Assembly: GCA_030692925.1 (NCBI GenBank)
Contig: JAUYBY010000078.1
Span: 1 to 63,202, forward strand
Direction of reading: 5' to 3'
Source of the DNA: Candidatus Zixiibacteriota bacterium
GTDB lineage: Bacteria > Zixibacteria > MSB-5A5 > RBG-16-43-9
DNA length: 63,202 nucleotides
The notes under the pieces were generated by a model that saw only the letters and a program-made list of their open reading frames with translations, searched no databases and had not been told where the DNA came from. Below, piece after piece: positions 46,288 through 57,206 of this stretch (within the stretch, counting starts at the first letter, position 1; each line of letters starts with the position of its first letter). Both the position numbers and the translations under genes were made by a program.

Positions 46288-48558
46288 TTACTCGCCAGGA
46301 TGTTCCTCGAGGTCCTTCCGCAACCTATCTACAAACTTAATAATATCTTCCTTTTTCAGCTGAGAAAGCAACTCATCTTCAAAAGACAAATGTAGTCTAT
46401 TTAGCCTTAAATGATCTGGGTCAATCCTTCGAAGCTCATTGAACAAAAGTTCCTTATGTTCAGGATATTTCTTACAATATTCACTCCAGAATTTATCTTT
46501 AACCTGTTTTAAAAAATTAGTATAAACTACTTCAGAGCCATTTAAAATACATAAATATGTAGCTCTCTCAAGAATACGTATGGGGTCGAAGCCATATGCA
46601 TTCTTCTGTTTTTCTAAAAATGAATTGGCAATCGAAACAATGATATCAATTATTTTATTTACGCTTTCTACCAGAGATAGTTCATTAAATTCGTTTCCGA
46701 TCCTCAACAAATTATCAAGTATTTGTAATTCACCGGGCTTCGTAATTTCTTTATGATAATGGTAAATTCTCCAATAATTTGAAATTATCCATTCAATATT
46801 ATCTAGAATTTCTTTTTTCTGTATACTATCGATAATATCTAACTGATAAAATTTCAACAAAACCATTGCGATATGTTCGATATTTGCATCTATATAATGA
46901 ATAAGAAAAGATTCTTTCTCTGCGGCATATTTTGATAACTCATCATAAAAATGCCAAACTTCGTGTCCGAAGTCTATTATACTTTTTATCAAGTGCTTCT
47001 TATCTTGATCGGTGGTTTTGGGATCTTGAATTTTATTGTAGACCTCATCAAAGATGTATGGCATAGCTGTCTGTTTTCCGAGATAAACAAAATCCCCAAG
47101 AGAAAACTCCATTTCCACTAAAGAAATAATGCCCATCTCTTTTATCTTCACATATAAGCTTATTATCTGTTGCACCTTCTCTAATATTCTCTTCGATAAT
47201 AACCCATGATCGATATTTCTGCTGTAAAGAATAGCCCTTAACAATATACTGTAAGCCTTCAGGGGATTAGCGATAAGATAGCTAGTATTTGGTTTTAATA
47301 ACCCATACATGGCAATTTTTGAAAGATAGTCTAAAATTTTGTTTACATCTGTTTGAGACCCTTTAACAATAAGAGCTAATCCAATGTTTCTTAATTTTAT
47401 AGAACCTTGTATCCCTATATCAAACAATTCTGCATTTAAACCTTTTTCAATATTCTGTACCATATACCCTGTGGCGAGTATACAATGAGGATATTCATTC
47501 AATGGATTTGTTCTATAGCGTATTTCTGTGCATTTAATGGCTATTTGGGAGAGACAATTAAGTATCTTTTCCGAAACTGCGAAGTCTTTTAAAGTTATTC
47601 CTTGGATAGACAATAATTTCTCAAAAATGTCTAACAAAAAAGCGTCATGGGAGTAATCTAGTGATAGGAAAGGAGAAGATGGCATGAAAGTTCCGTCTTT
47701 AACCTCAATATACTTATAAACCAATGAGTATACAGCGTCAACACCCTTTCCGGTAACCTGGTAATCTTTTCGTAGTTGGTAAGTTTGGATAAGAGAGTAA
47801 ATCTCATCTAAGTAGTTTTTAACACCATTAAATAGATTTGGAAGACGAAATATTGCTGCCCCTCTAAGTCGATCACGCTCTTCCTCTTTGCTGCTGTTGA
47901 TCTTTATATCGTTTTGGGCTAGTCTAATTACCTTTGCTTTTATTAATCTATCTAAATACTTGTCAATCTTATTTAACAATTTAATACCTTTTTTATGGTG
48001 ATGAATTATTTGATAAATAGGATCGATAAGATTTGAAATATGAGCATATTGTTTTCGGAGTAGGTAAAAGATTATTATGAGAAAAAAGAACAACAAAACC
48101 ACTTCATAGATTAACAAGTAATTGATAGGTAGCAATGCAAATAGAAAAAATGCAAAGGAAATACTAGCAATCGTTACAAAGATATACCTATTAATCTTAT
48201 CTTTCCTGAAATTACTTAGAATAGTCGGAGTGTATCTCTCAGCAGCTTGCTGTATTGCGAAAAGCGACAAGGAAAATGTAATTGCGAGAACCGTAAAAGT
48301 TGCTGCTCCAAGTGTTATAAAAAGAGTAGGAAAAAAGCTTGTTAAATTTCCAAAAGAATCTACATTTAATCTAATCAAGAAATTTCCAATTTGTGAATGA
48401 TACTTGTATAAAAGAGAAACTGAAATGCTTAAAATAATTAAAAAAAGCCCCCATTTCAAAACTCGTCTTACAGAGTAAGAACTTTCTAAAACCTTAGAAC
48501 GGATAATCAAGTATAATCTAGAAAATAATTCAGTTAGCTTTGAAATAATCTTTTTCAA
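46288..48558 (-). CDS. large hypothetical protein with N-terminal TM helices (DUF2254-like) and helical C-terminal region
   Basis: 756-aa ORF, GGAGG RBS and TTG start; LAITFSLSLFAIQQAAERYTPTIL..F motif; visibly AT-rich. Confidence 0.75.
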   Translation of the reverse strand: MKKIISKLTELFSRLYLIIRSKVLESSYSVRRVLKWGLFLIILSISVSLLYKYHSQIGNFLIRLNVDSFGNLTSFFPTLFITLGAATFTVLAITFSLSLFAIQQAAERYTPTILSNFRKDKINRYIFVTIASISFAFFLFALLPINYLLIYEVVLLFFFLIIIFYLLRKQYAHISNLIDPIYQIIHHHKKGIKLLNKIDKYLDRLIKAKVIRLAQNDIKINSSKEEERDRLRGAAIFRLPNLFNGVKNYLDEIYSLIQTYQLRKDYQVTGKGVDAVYSLVYKYIEVKDGTFMPSSPFLSLDYSHDAFLLDIFEKLLSIQGITLKDFAVSEKILNCLSQIAIKCTEIRYRTNPLNEYPHCILATGYMVQNIEKGLNAELFDIGIQGSIKLRNIGLALIVKGSQTDVNKILDYLSKIAMYGLLKPNTSYLIANPLKAYSILLRAILYSRNIDHGLLSKRILEKVQQIISLYVKIKEMGIISLVEMEFSLGDFVYLGKQTAMPYIFDEVYNKIQDPKTTDQDKKHLIKSIIDFGHEVWHFYDELSKYAAEKESFLIHYIDANIEHIAMVLLKFYQLDIIDSIQKKEILDNIEWIISNYWRIYHYHKEITKPGELQILDNLLRIGNEFNELSLVESVNKIIDIIVSIANSFLEKQKNAYGFDPIRILERATYLCILNGSEVVYTNFLKQVKDKFWSEYCKKYPEHKELLFNELRRIDPDHLRLNRLHLSFEDELLSQLKKEDIIKFVDRLRKDLEEHPGE

Positions 48559-48839
48559 ACATCCTCCTAAATAGGGAATTTTTCGTAGTTAATCCATGTT
48601 ACAATTAAGATATAGTAATAATTGTTTGTCAAGCAGAATTTATTGGGTTATGCCTGTGGACTTTTATAAACAATCTCAGCTAATAGAATTCACCAACATA
48701 GAAACGGTAAAATAAAAAGGACAAGTCAAAATACCTGTCCCAATATATCTCAAAAGAGTATTTTGGAAGGCTGAAAGCCTTCCGCTACCATCTTATTTTT
48801 CACGTCTTACGTCTTATTTTTTACCTACCACCTGTTTTT

Positions 48840-49394
48840 TTAGTATTCAATCCCTTCCTGAGCCAGAATTCCTTTCCTGAAAGGATGTTTAATCTCCTTC
48901 ATCTCAGTAACCAAATCCGCAACCTGAATTAATTTTTTAGGAGCACCCCTGCCAGTCAAAACCAGATGGACTTTATTCTGCAATCTTTTTATGAACCTGA
49001 TTAACTCGTCCATCTTAAGCAATCTCAGATTCAGAGCCACATTGATCTCATCTAAGATTATCATAAAATATCTGCCTGAAGAACCGCGTTTTCGGGCAAA
49101 TTCCAAGGCTCGCCTGGCTGCTTTTTTGTGCTCGGACAAGGGAAGTTTATCTCCTAAGATTCCCACGTAACCTTTACCCATAGAGTAGATTTCGATATCT
49201 CGCGGACATCTCTTGGAGAATTTTATCTCACCATAATCCAAGAAATCTTTGATGAACTGAACCATGAGAACCCTTTTACCCTGCCCGGCAGCCCGTATCG
49301 CCATCCCCAAGGCAGAGGTGGTTTTCCCTTTGCCGTCCCCGGTGAGAACCATCACCAGTTTTTTCTGATCTTTGATTGATTTTTTCTTGCTCAT
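48840..49394 (-). CDS. cobO: cob(I)yrinic acid a,c-diamide adenosyltransferase (CobO/BtuR type)
   Basis: TGDGKGKTTSALG, QFIK, ILDEI, VLTGR.AP, ADLVTEM..IKHPF..G. Confidence 0.92.
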   Translation of the reverse strand: MSKKKSIKDQKKLVMVLTGDGKGKTTSALGMAIRAAGQGKRVLMVQFIKDFLDYGEIKFSKRCPRDIEIYSMGKGYVGILGDKLPLSEHKKAARRALEFARKRGSSGRYFMIILDEINVALNLRLLKMDELIRFIKRLQNKVHLVLTGRGAPKKLIQVADLVTEMKEIKHPFRKGILAQEGIEY

Positions 49395-49583
49395 CTTTAC
49401 ACCCTGAAATTGTTTTTTGAAGGGGCACGACATGTCGTGCCCCTACCATTTCTGTATCTACTACCAGAGACGCATGCGATGCGTCTCTACCCAATTTGAT
49501 TTTGCTCGATAAATCGAGCAACTACAAAAAAATTCTCCTCTTGAACTTTTGTCCGCCTGAGGCGGATTGAACCTTTGAACGTT

Positions 49584-50918
49584 TCATTCATTCGGCGGTG
49601 CTGGAATCAGATGCGAGCTCATCAAGATATTAGCCTGTTCCCTGGCTCTTCTTATCATCCTGTTTGCCTGTTCGATAAGCTCAGTCCTCGAAGGCTTTAT
49701 TCTTGCTAATCCTTGCTCAATCGCCTTTAACCCGACTGCCACTGCCTCCCGGGTATAAACCTCCGGATCCTCCATCGTGGGGATGATATATTCTTCATTT
49801 ATACCCTTATCCTGTGCGGTTTGAGCCAGCTCATGAGCAGCAGCTATCACCATCTCGTCAGTGATCGTTTTGGCTCTCACGTCCAAGGTCCCCCTGAAAA
49901 TCCCTGGAAAACCTAAGGAGTTATTTATCTGGTTATGGAAATCAGACCTGCCTGTGGCGACTATTCTGGCACCAGCCTCTTTTGCCTCCCAGGGCCAGAT
50001 CTCTGGCACTGGATTGGCGCACACGAAAACTATCGGGTCTTTCCCCATATCTGCAACCCATTCCTTTTTGATTACCCCTGGACCAGGTGCAGAGAGGGCA
50101 ATGACCACATCCGCTCCTCTCATAGCCTCAGGAATCCCGCCTTTCTTTTTCTCTTTATTGGTAATCTGGCAGAACCTGTACCTGGGATCGTTTTTTTCAA
50201 AATCCTTCCTGTCAGAATGAAGAATCCCGTTAAGGTCAGTCATGATCACTTTACCCGCATCGACCCCTGCAGCCAGGAAGAGTCTTAAAGTAGCGGTATT
50301 AGCTGCTCCAGCTCCTACCATAGCGATTTTGACCTCATTCAGTTTCTTCCCCACGATCTTCAGGGAATTGATCAAGCCAGCCAGGTTGACTGCTGCTGTC
50401 CCCTGCTGGTCATCATGCCATACCGGAATGTGAGCCTCTTGTCTGAGCTTGTCCAGGATATAGAAGCATTTCGGCTGAGCGATATCTTCGAGATTAATCC
50501 CACCGAAAGATGGCTGAATTAGTTTGACCACTTTGATCAGCTCATCCGGGTCTTTGGTCTCAACGCAGATAGGATAAGCATCCACACCACCGAGATATTT
50601 GAATAATAAAGCTTTCCCTTCCATTACCGGAAGTCCTGCTTCAGGTCCGATGTCACCTAACCCTAAAACCCTGGTCCCGTCTGAAACCACTGCTACTGCA
50701 TTCCCTTTATTGGTATGTTCATAAACCTTGTCAGGGTCTTTGGCGATTTCTTTACAGGGTTGGGCAACCCCTGGAGTATACCAGATTGCAAAATCGTTAA
50801 AATCCCGGATAATACATTTCGGCGCTATCTCGATTTTACCCTTGTAGAAGGGATGCAATCTTAAAGCATCTTTACCCGGTTTCTCAGCACTGGCTAACCT
50901 TTGCTCTTTAGTTGACAT
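49584..50918 (-). CDS. NAD(P)-dependent malic enzyme
   Basis: [65 protein letters not shown]. Confidence 0.95.
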   Translation of the reverse strand: MSTKEQRLASAEKPGKDALRLHPFYKGKIEIAPKCIIRDFNDFAIWYTPGVAQPCKEIAKDPDKVYEHTNKGNAVAVVSDGTRVLGLGDIGPEAGLPVMEGKALLFKYLGGVDAYPICVETKDPDELIKVVKLIQPSFGGINLEDIAQPKCFYILDKLRQEAHIPVWHDDQQGTAAVNLAGLINSLKIVGKKLNEVKIAMVGAGAANTATLRLFLAAGVDAGKVIMTDLNGILHSDRKDFEKNDPRYRFCQITNKEKKKGGIPEAMRGADVVIALSAPGPGVIKKEWVADMGKDPIVFVCANPVPEIWPWEAKEAGARIVATGRSDFHNQINNSLGFPGIFRGTLDVRAKTITDEMVIAAAHELAQTAQDKGINEEYIIPTMEDPEVYTREAVAVGLKAIEQGLARIKPSRTELIEQANRMIRRAREQANILMSSHLIPAPPNE

Positions 50919-51002
50919 AAATTTGAAATCTCCTTTCCTTCTGACTGGAGTGTAAAGCTTTAGCTTTACTTATAATTTGCTTATCGTCTACTGGACGATA
51001 AT

Positions 51003-51091
51003 TCTTCGTTGGTGAGGACACCAACGAAGAGCAGCTTCAGCTTTCCATTCTTCCCCTTCCCAGACCATGGAGGTCTGAAGACCTCCGCTAC
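51003..51091. repeat. GTTGG-type REP plus GGAGGTCTGAAGACCTCCGCTAC (GTAG-type) REP
   Basis: TCTTCGTTGGTGAGGACACCAACGAAGA at 51003-51030; second family also at 10439, 46178, 58911, 60927. Confidence 0.8.
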
Positions 51092-51169
51092 AATTGAAGA
51101 TATTCAACAAATCCCGGTTTTCCAATCTTTTTCTATTTGAAAAGCATATTCTTTTTTCCACAGACAGAA

Positions 51170-51199
51170 ATAGCACAGGCTTTTTCAAACCTGTGCTAT
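51170..51199 (-). terminator. probable terminator after porB
   Basis: ATAGCACAGG/CCTGTGCTAT 10-bp stem followed by a short U-rich tract on the minus strand. Confidence 0.5.
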
Positions 51200-51224
51200 C
51201 GGTTTTAAAAGAAAATCGTGCTCC

Positions 51225-52148
51225 TCACATCAGATTGAATTTCTTTATAGTCGCATCTGCCATCGCCTGAATTCTTTCCAGCTCCTTCTCAAAACCAGGC
51301 TTCTTGAACAGATGTTTGAATCGTCCTTGAAGCTTTAAATATTCCTCAACTGGCGCTTTCTTGGTTATTTTGCGTACTGAGGTGATTACACCGTTTTCCA
51401 TCTCGTAAATAGGGATAAGTCCGGTTTGAACTGCAAGTTTAGCCACTTTTATGGTATCATAAGGCTCATGTGCCCAGCCCAGAGGGCAAGGCGCATGAAT
51501 CTGTAGATATTTGGGACCAACTATTTCTAAAGCCTTTTTAACTTTCTTCTCTAAGTCCTTCAAATAAGCAACTGATGCAGTCGCCACATAGGGTATCCCG
51601 TGAGCTGCGGCTATAGCCGGCATATTCTTCTTTTCAGTAGGGTTTCCCCAGGAGACTTTTCCAGAGGGGCTGGTAGAGGTCCAGGCTTCAAAAGGAGTCA
51701 AGCCGCTTCTCTGTACTCCGGTATTCATATAAGCTTCGTTGTCGTAGCAGACGTACAGGATATTATGTCCTCTTTCAAACATCCCGGAAAGACAGCCTAT
51801 CCCTATGTCTGCAGTTGCTCCATCTCCGCCCTGGGCGATGATTTTCGCTTCTTTTTCGCGACCCAGAGCTTTTAAAGCTACCTCTATCCCTGCTGCCACT
51901 GCAGCTGAGTTTTCGAACAAGGAGTGAATCCAGGGCATCTTCCAGGCTGAATGTGGATAGGAGGTAGAGAAAACCTCCAGGCACCCGGTAGCTGCAGTTA
52001 CAATTATATCTTTTCCTGCGGTATTCATCACTGTCCTGGCAGCTAAGGCTAATCCACAGCCGGTACACGCCTTGTGCCCTGGCGTAAGCAGACTCTCCAC
52101 AATCTCTTCTTTTTCCTTTTTCTCTATTGTCACTTCATTTTTCGCCAT
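51225..52148 (-). CDS. porB: pyruvate/2-oxoacid:ferredoxin oxidoreductase beta subunit
   Basis: [35 protein letters not shown] (TPP motif), PCP.GW. Confidence 0.92.
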   Translation of the reverse strand: MAKNEVTIEKKEKEEIVESLLTPGHKACTGCGLALAARTVMNTAGKDIIVTAATGCLEVFSTSYPHSAWKMPWIHSLFENSAAVAAGIEVALKALGREKEAKIIAQGGDGATADIGIGCLSGMFERGHNILYVCYDNEAYMNTGVQRSGLTPFEAWTSTSPSGKVSWGNPTEKKNMPAIAAAHGIPYVATASVAYLKDLEKKVKKALEIVGPKYLQIHAPCPLGWAHEPYDTIKVAKLAVQTGLIPIYEMENGVITSVRKITKKAPVEEYLKLQGRFKHLFKKPGFEKELERIQAMADATIKKFNLM

Positions 52149-52149
52149 C

Positions 52150-53322
52150 TTATTTTCCTCCAATGAGGTTTTCTTTTAAATCGACAAAGACGTTGTCCGA
52201 AATTCCGGCTTCGCCCTTTTCGATTACTTTCATTATGGACTCCTTGGGGATATCTCTTCCACCCAGTCCGGCGATGAATCCGGAGATTTTTGGCTGGCTC
52301 GGTTTGCCGTATAAGGCAGCTTTTATCTCGTCATACAAAATCCCGGTTGCTCCTAAGGAGATAGCTTTTTCCATAACGATCACGTTTTTGACATTTTTAA
52401 GGGCGTCATAGATTGCTTCTTTGGGGAAGGGCCTGAATGCCCTTATCTTTAGCACTCCGACTTTTTTGCCTTTGTCTCTCAACTCATCTGCCACTTCCTT
52501 TATCGTTCCGACAACTGAGCCCATGGACACGATTACGGTCTCTGCTCCATCCAGTCTATATTTTTCCACTAACCCGCCCTGATACCTGCCAAACGTCTTT
52601 TTGAACTGGTCTGCAACCTCTTCGATCATATCTGAGGAAGCCTCAATCGCTTTCTGCAGTCTATACCTGGTTTCCATATACCAGTCCGGTTCTGCTAAGA
52701 TCCCGAAGGTTAAAGGATTTTTTGTGGTTAAGTATAATTCAGGTTTATAAGGCGGCAAAAACTCATCTGCCATCTTCTGATCTATAAACTCAATCGGCTC
52801 AAACGCATGCGTCAGGATAAAACCATCCATATTAACCATCACCGGCAGCATTATCTCCGGATGCTCTCCGATTTTGAAAGCCTGCAGGTGCATGTCTGCG
52901 GCTTCCTGGTTATCCTCGGCAAAAAGCAAAATCCAGCCTGAGTCTCTTATAGTCATCACGTCCTGCTGGTCATTCCAGATGTTTATCGGAGCGGAAACTG
53001 CTCGATTAGTGCAGGTGATAACTACTGGAAACCTCAATCCTGCTATATTGAACAAAACCTCAGTCATCAATAGAAGACCCTGAGAGGTGGTGGTTGAATA
53101 AGCTCTGGCTCCGGTAGCTGAGGCACCCAGAATGACGGAGGCCGCTCCGAATTCGCTCTCCACGTTCACGAACTGGGATTTCAGGTCCCCGTCTGCCACA
53201 AATTGAGAAAGATTCTCCACGATGTGGGTCTGGGGAGTAATGGGATAAGCGGAGATCACATGCGGACGGCAGACTTTAACCGCCTCCGCTACTGCCATTG
53301 ACCCTTCGATAACTTTTTTCAT
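52150..53322 (-). CDS. porA: pyruvate/2-oxoacid:ferredoxin oxidoreductase alpha subunit
   Basis: YPITPQT, VESE, TTSQGL, NRA...P, DGF.LTH, GLGGRD. Confidence 0.93.
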   Translation of the reverse strand: MKKVIEGSMAVAEAVKVCRPHVISAYPITPQTHIVENLSQFVADGDLKSQFVNVESEFGAASVILGASATGARAYSTTTSQGLLLMTEVLFNIAGLRFPVVITCTNRAVSAPINIWNDQQDVMTIRDSGWILLFAEDNQEAADMHLQAFKIGEHPEIMLPVMVNMDGFILTHAFEPIEFIDQKMADEFLPPYKPELYLTTKNPLTFGILAEPDWYMETRYRLQKAIEASSDMIEEVADQFKKTFGRYQGGLVEKYRLDGAETVIVSMGSVVGTIKEVADELRDKGKKVGVLKIRAFRPFPKEAIYDALKNVKNVIVMEKAISLGATGILYDEIKAALYGKPSQPKISGFIAGLGGRDIPKESIMKVIEKGEAGISDNVFVDLKENLIGGK

Positions 53323-53325
53323 TTT

Positions 53326-53583
53326 TTATTTAACCTCCACGATCAACTCGATATCTTTTAAAGGACATTCCTCCACGCAGATTCCGCACCCTTTGCAGTA
53401 ATCTAAATCCGCCCAGTATTTCTTATTTGCACCGAAGATTACACCATCCGGACAGACTGCCACACAGATCCGGCAGTCATTACATTTTTCCTGCTTAAAG
53501 ATTGGTCTTTTTGTTCTCCAGGCACCGGTCTTATACTCTTTGCTGGAACCTGGTTTTGAAACAGTTCCTTCTGGTTTAGTCAT
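53326..53583 (-). CDS. porD: pyruvate/2-oxoacid:ferredoxin oxidoreductase delta subunit (2x[4Fe-4S])
   Basis: KTGAWR..RP, CNDCRIC...CPD, DYCKGCGIC.EECP. Confidence 0.93.
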   Translation of the reverse strand: MTKPEGTVSKPGSSKEYKTGAWRTKRPIFKQEKCNDCRICVAVCPDGVIFGANKKYWADLDYCKGCGICVEECPLKDIELIVEVK

Positions 53584-54130
53584 TCTTAGCTCCTTTCAAT
53601 AGCTCGTAGGCTTTCTCCACTGCCGCCACATTCTTCTTCCCTAACTCTCCTGGAAACCGCTCCATTACACTCCTTTTAATAGCTTCCAGGGAGATAAGCC
53701 CGGTCGCACCGGCAAAAGCACCCATCAAGGTCGTGTTCTGAATAGGCCTGCCTAAGATCTCCATAGCGATTCTGGATGCAGGAATGGTTAAAATTCTGGC
53801 TTTGGTTTTCAAGCCAACCTCTTCTGGGTTTTTTTCGGTATCCACGATCACCAATCCATCTGGTTTTAAACCTTTCAATAAATCGACAGCACCAATCAGG
53901 GTATAATCCTGAATAATCAGAAAGTCCGGCTCGTAGATCTGGTTTCTGGCTCTTACCTTATGATCTGCTATACGGACGAAAGATTGAACCGGTGCGCCCA
54001 TTCTTTCGCTGGTAAAGGTAGGGAAAGCCTGAGCATATTTACCATCCTCAAAAGCCGCAACTGCTAAAAGCTCAGCCGCAGTAACCACGCCCTGACCTCC
54101 TCTGCCATGAATCCTTATCTCTTTTAACAT
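53576..54130 (-). CDS. porC: pyruvate/2-oxoacid:ferredoxin oxidoreductase gamma subunit
   Basis: EIRIHGRGGQG.VTAA, QAFP.F..ER.GAPV, NT..MGA. Confidence 0.93.
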   Translation of the reverse strand: MLKEIRIHGRGGQGVVTAAELLAVAAFEDGKYAQAFPTFTSERMGAPVQSFVRIADHKVRARNQIYEPDFLIIQDYTLIGAVDLLKGLKPDGLVIVDTEKNPEEVGLKTKARILTIPASRIAMEILGRPIQNTTLMGAFAGATGLISLEAIKRSVMERFPGELGKKNVAAVEKAYELLKGAKND

Positions 54131-54267
54131 AGTTCTCCTTTAAACTCACCAATCAAATTTATACGCTTTTTATCACCCTCAATTTGTTTTACTTTGCAAC
54201 TCTTTTTTCTTGAGTTAACCCTGTTAGAACTTTTTTCTTTGTTTTTGCTTTTGTTTTTATTTTTTAC

Positions 54268-54310
54268 CTTTGAACTCTTGAACCATTGAACTTTTGAACC
54301 TTCAAACCTT
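54268..54310. repeat. octamer tandem repeat (TTGAACCY-like)
   Basis: TTGAACTC TTGAACCA TTGAACTT TTGAACCT TCAAACCT; similar tracts at ~23761, ~26886, ~33503, ~35574, ~49541. Confidence 0.75.
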
Positions 54311-54332
54311 TTTTTACGCTCACGTTCTTTTC

Positions 54333-54887
54333 TCACATTCTCGGCAGAGTGATTTTTTTCTGCGCCTGATACTTCCCCTTTTTATCCTTATAGGAGGTCT
54401 CGCACTCCTCGTCCGCTTCTAAGAAGATTATCTGAGCAATCCCTTCATTAGCATAGATCTTGGCTGGCAGTGGCGTGGTGTTGGAAATCTCCAGAGTGGC
54501 ATACCCTTCCCATTCCGGCTCAAAAGGGGTGACGTTGACAATTATGCCACAGCGGGCGTAGGTAGACTTTCCAAGGCAAATGGTTAATATATTTCGAGGA
54601 ATCTTGAAATATTCCACGGTCCGGGCAAGGGCGAATGAATTTGGCGGAATGATACAAAAATTCCCTTTCACGTCTACTAAAGAGCGTGGGTCAAAATTCT
54701 TTGGATCAACAATTGTGGTGTTCACGTTGGTGAAGACCTTAAATTCGTTTGCCACCCTGATATCATAACCATAAGAAGATAACCCATAAGAAATTTTTCC
54801 TTTTTTGACTTGACCTTCTGAGAAAGGTTTTATCATCTCTTTTTTTAAAGCCATCTGTCGAATCCACTTATCCGATTTAATAGGCAT
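54333..54887 (-). CDS. dcd: dCTP deaminase
   Basis: [41 protein letters not shown]. Confidence 0.97.
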   Translation of the reverse strand: MPIKSDKWIRQMALKKEMIKPFSEGQVKKGKISYGLSSYGYDIRVANEFKVFTNVNTTIVDPKNFDPRSLVDVKGNFCIIPPNSFALARTVEYFKIPRNILTICLGKSTYARCGIIVNVTPFEPEWEGYATLEISNTTPLPAKIYANEGIAQIIFLEADEECETSYKDKKGKYQAQKKITLPRM

Positions 54888-54953
54888 AAAAATACCCCTT
54901 TTGTTCTGAATTTTATCAAGAAAAATGAATAGAATGGAACTTGAAGTTAAAAC

Positions 54954-55355
54954 TCAGGAAGTAATCAGGTCTGCCAGGGTTTTCTTCTCTAAGAGATTCG
55001 TCAGATAGTCCTGGGCTTTTAACCAGATTTTCCTCAAGGAGCAGGTATCTTTCCTTTCGCAGAATTCTGCCTTGTTTAAGCATCTGGTCAAATAGATTGG
55101 ACCCTGGACACTTTCCAGGATATCCTTAGCCGTGATCTTGTCCGTGGGCTTTGCCATTGAGAACCCGCCTCTGGCACCACGATGAGATTTGACCAGTCCT
55201 GATCTGGTATAACTCTGGAAGATCTTTGCCAAGAACTTCTCCGGAATATCCTCATTTTCGGATATCTCGGATAGACGAACTACTCTTTTTTCGGGCTGTC
55301 GGGCTAAATACATAATGCCCAAAAATCCGTAATCGCCTGCTTTGGTTAATTCCAT
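54954..55355 (-). CDS. Rrf2-family transcriptional regulator with three C-terminal Cys (probably Fe-S binding)
   Basis: DYG, IP.KFL.KI, V.S.RG..GGF, C-x5-C-x5-C. Confidence 0.92.
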   Translation of the reverse strand: MELTKAGDYGFLGIMYLARQPEKRVVRLSEISENEDIPEKFLAKIFQSYTRSGLVKSHRGARGGFSMAKPTDKITAKDILESVQGPIYLTRCLNKAEFCERKDTCSLRKIWLKAQDYLTNLLEKKTLADLITS

Positions 55356-55405
55356 AATAACCTCCTTTTGAGGTCAAAAGGATTTACATAATCTTTTACA
55401 TCTTT

Positions 55406-55468
55406 AAAATAACACCTCCTTTTTTCCTGTCAAGGAAAATCTGCAAAAATTTGTTATTTTTTTCACAA
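55406..55468 (-). promoter_or_regulatory. sigma70 promoter with an upstream CRP/Rex-like palindrome for Rrf2-dcd-por
   Basis: minus strand TTGTGAAAAAAATAACAA (55468-55451), TTGACA (55433-55428), TG-T-TATTTT -10. Confidence 0.5.
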
Positions 55469-55557
55469 GCTAAAAAGGACTTAATTGGTCGTTTTTTGTC
55501 TCATTCAACAAGTTAAGACATTATGAAATACTGTATAACTTTAATATGCGTATTTAC

Positions 55558-57057
55558 TTAACTCCTGCCCCACTCTCTTAAAAACTGTAAAAACAGGCGC
55601 ACACCGAACCCTAAGGGACCTTTAGGAATATAAGGTTTGCCCTTTTCCTCCCAATCCATTCCTGCTATGTCCAAATGCGCCCAGGGAGCTTTGCCTACGA
55701 ATTTCTTGAGGAATGCAGCTGCAGTTATAGTCCCGGCAGGCCTGCCCCCTGAATTTTTCATATCTGCCAGATCGCTTTTTATCTGCTCCTCATACTCTTT
55801 ATAAAGGGGCAATTCCCAGACCCTCTCACCGGTTTTCTCGCCAGCTTTTTTGACCTTATTCAGAAGCTGCTGGTCACTCCCCATAAGTCCTGCCACCACG
55901 TTCCCCAAGGCAATCACACAGGCTCCTGTCAGAGTGGCAATATCCAGGAGAGCCTTCGGCTCGTATTTCTGAGCATACCCTAAAGCATCTGCCAAGATCA
56001 GTCGCCCTTCTGCATCAGTGGACATAATCTCGATTGTTTTACCAGAGTAAGACTTGATTATATCCCCTGGTTTATAGGCTGTGCCAGAAGGAAGATTTTC
56101 AGTGGCTGGGACTAATCCGACCAGGTGAACTGGGATCCCTTCTCTGGCTGCAGAAGCCATGGTTGCAATCACTGCTGCACCTCCTGCCATATCACCTTTC
56201 ATCTCCCACATACCTTCAGAAGGCTTGATCGAGATTCCGCCTGAGTCGAAAGTTATCGCCTTGCCGACCAGAACTACTGTCCCTCTTCTTTTCTTCTCCG
56301 GCATATGTTCCATAATGATGAATTTAGCCGGCTGCTTGCTTCCCTGGGCAACTGCCATAAGAGCTCCCATCTTCAGTTTCTCTAAATCAGGAGGAGAAAG
56401 AATTTCACATCTGAACTTATATTCCTTGGCAAGATTCAGAGCTATTTCAGCCATCCTGGTCGGGGTCATAAAATTGCTAGGATGGTTGACCATATCCCTG
56501 GCCAGATTTGTCCCCCAGGAACTTATCTCACCAGTCTTCATTCCCTTCTCGATAGCCGACTTCTTGGTTCTGTCCTCATCCCAGATAGTCATACTCTCGA
56601 CCTCAAAAAGGTCTTCTTTCCCCTCGGTCTTGTACTGGTCCAGATGATAAGCTGAAAGCAGAGTCCCTTCGGTCACGGCCTGGGCAGATGCCTCAAAATC
56701 TATTCCCTTTTGCCCTTTCCCGTGAAGAAAACTGACGTAGTTTTTGATCTTAAGCTTTTTAGCCTTCTTATAAGCCGTCCCGGCAGCTTGTCTGATTCGG
56801 TCCAGGCTGAACTCCTCTTTCTTTCCGAGACCGATAAGAATAATTCTTTTGAACTCAAAACCCTTGGGATACAAAACTGCGGTCTGATTAGCCTTTCCGC
56901 CGAAATCACCATTTTTGAGAAGTAGGGAGATCGCCCCGTCTAATCTTTTGTCTAAAAGTTTCGCCTCTTTAGAAAGCCCTTGTGCTTCAAAAAGCCCTAA
57001 TGCTAAAGCCTCTGATTTTAGCTCCTCAGCCTTCCCTAATTTAAGCTCGATTTTCAT
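55558..57057 (-). CDS. pepA: leucyl aminopeptidase (M17)
   Basis: VGKAITFDSGG.SIK, MKGDMAG, STDAEGRL.LAD, ATLTGA, HLDIAG. Confidence 0.95.
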   Translation of the reverse strand: MKIELKLGKAEELKSEALALGLFEAQGLSKEAKLLDKRLDGAISLLLKNGDFGGKANQTAVLYPKGFEFKRIILIGLGKKEEFSLDRIRQAAGTAYKKAKKLKIKNYVSFLHGKGQKGIDFEASAQAVTEGTLLSAYHLDQYKTEGKEDLFEVESMTIWDEDRTKKSAIEKGMKTGEISSWGTNLARDMVNHPSNFMTPTRMAEIALNLAKEYKFRCEILSPPDLEKLKMGALMAVAQGSKQPAKFIIMEHMPEKKRRGTVVLVGKAITFDSGGISIKPSEGMWEMKGDMAGGAAVIATMASAAREGIPVHLVGLVPATENLPSGTAYKPGDIIKSYSGKTIEIMSTDAEGRLILADALGYAQKYEPKALLDIATLTGACVIALGNVVAGLMGSDQQLLNKVKKAGEKTGERVWELPLYKEYEEQIKSDLADMKNSGGRPAGTITAAAFLKKFVGKAPWAHLDIAGMDWEEKGKPYIPKGPLGFGVRLFLQFLREWGRS

Positions 57058-57095
57058 CCGGAACTCCTTTTGAGATAATTTTTAAGTTTGTCAAG

Positions 57096-57124
57096 ATTAT
57101 AATAAATTAAAAATAGATTGGCAA
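57096..57124 (-). promoter_or_regulatory. sigma70 promoter of pepA
   Basis: TTGCCA-N17-TATAAT on the minus strand. Confidence 0.65.
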
Positions 57125-57206
57125 GAGAATTCAATATAAAAAAAAGAGACGCATGCCATACGTCTCTACAAAAGAAATTTGGGTTCGATAAATCGAACCC
57201 CTACAT

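Noticed and set aside
54124-54336. 70-aa Lys-rich ORF between dcd and porC
   Set aside because: Translation of an octamer tandem repeat and A-rich spacer; no recognisable domain
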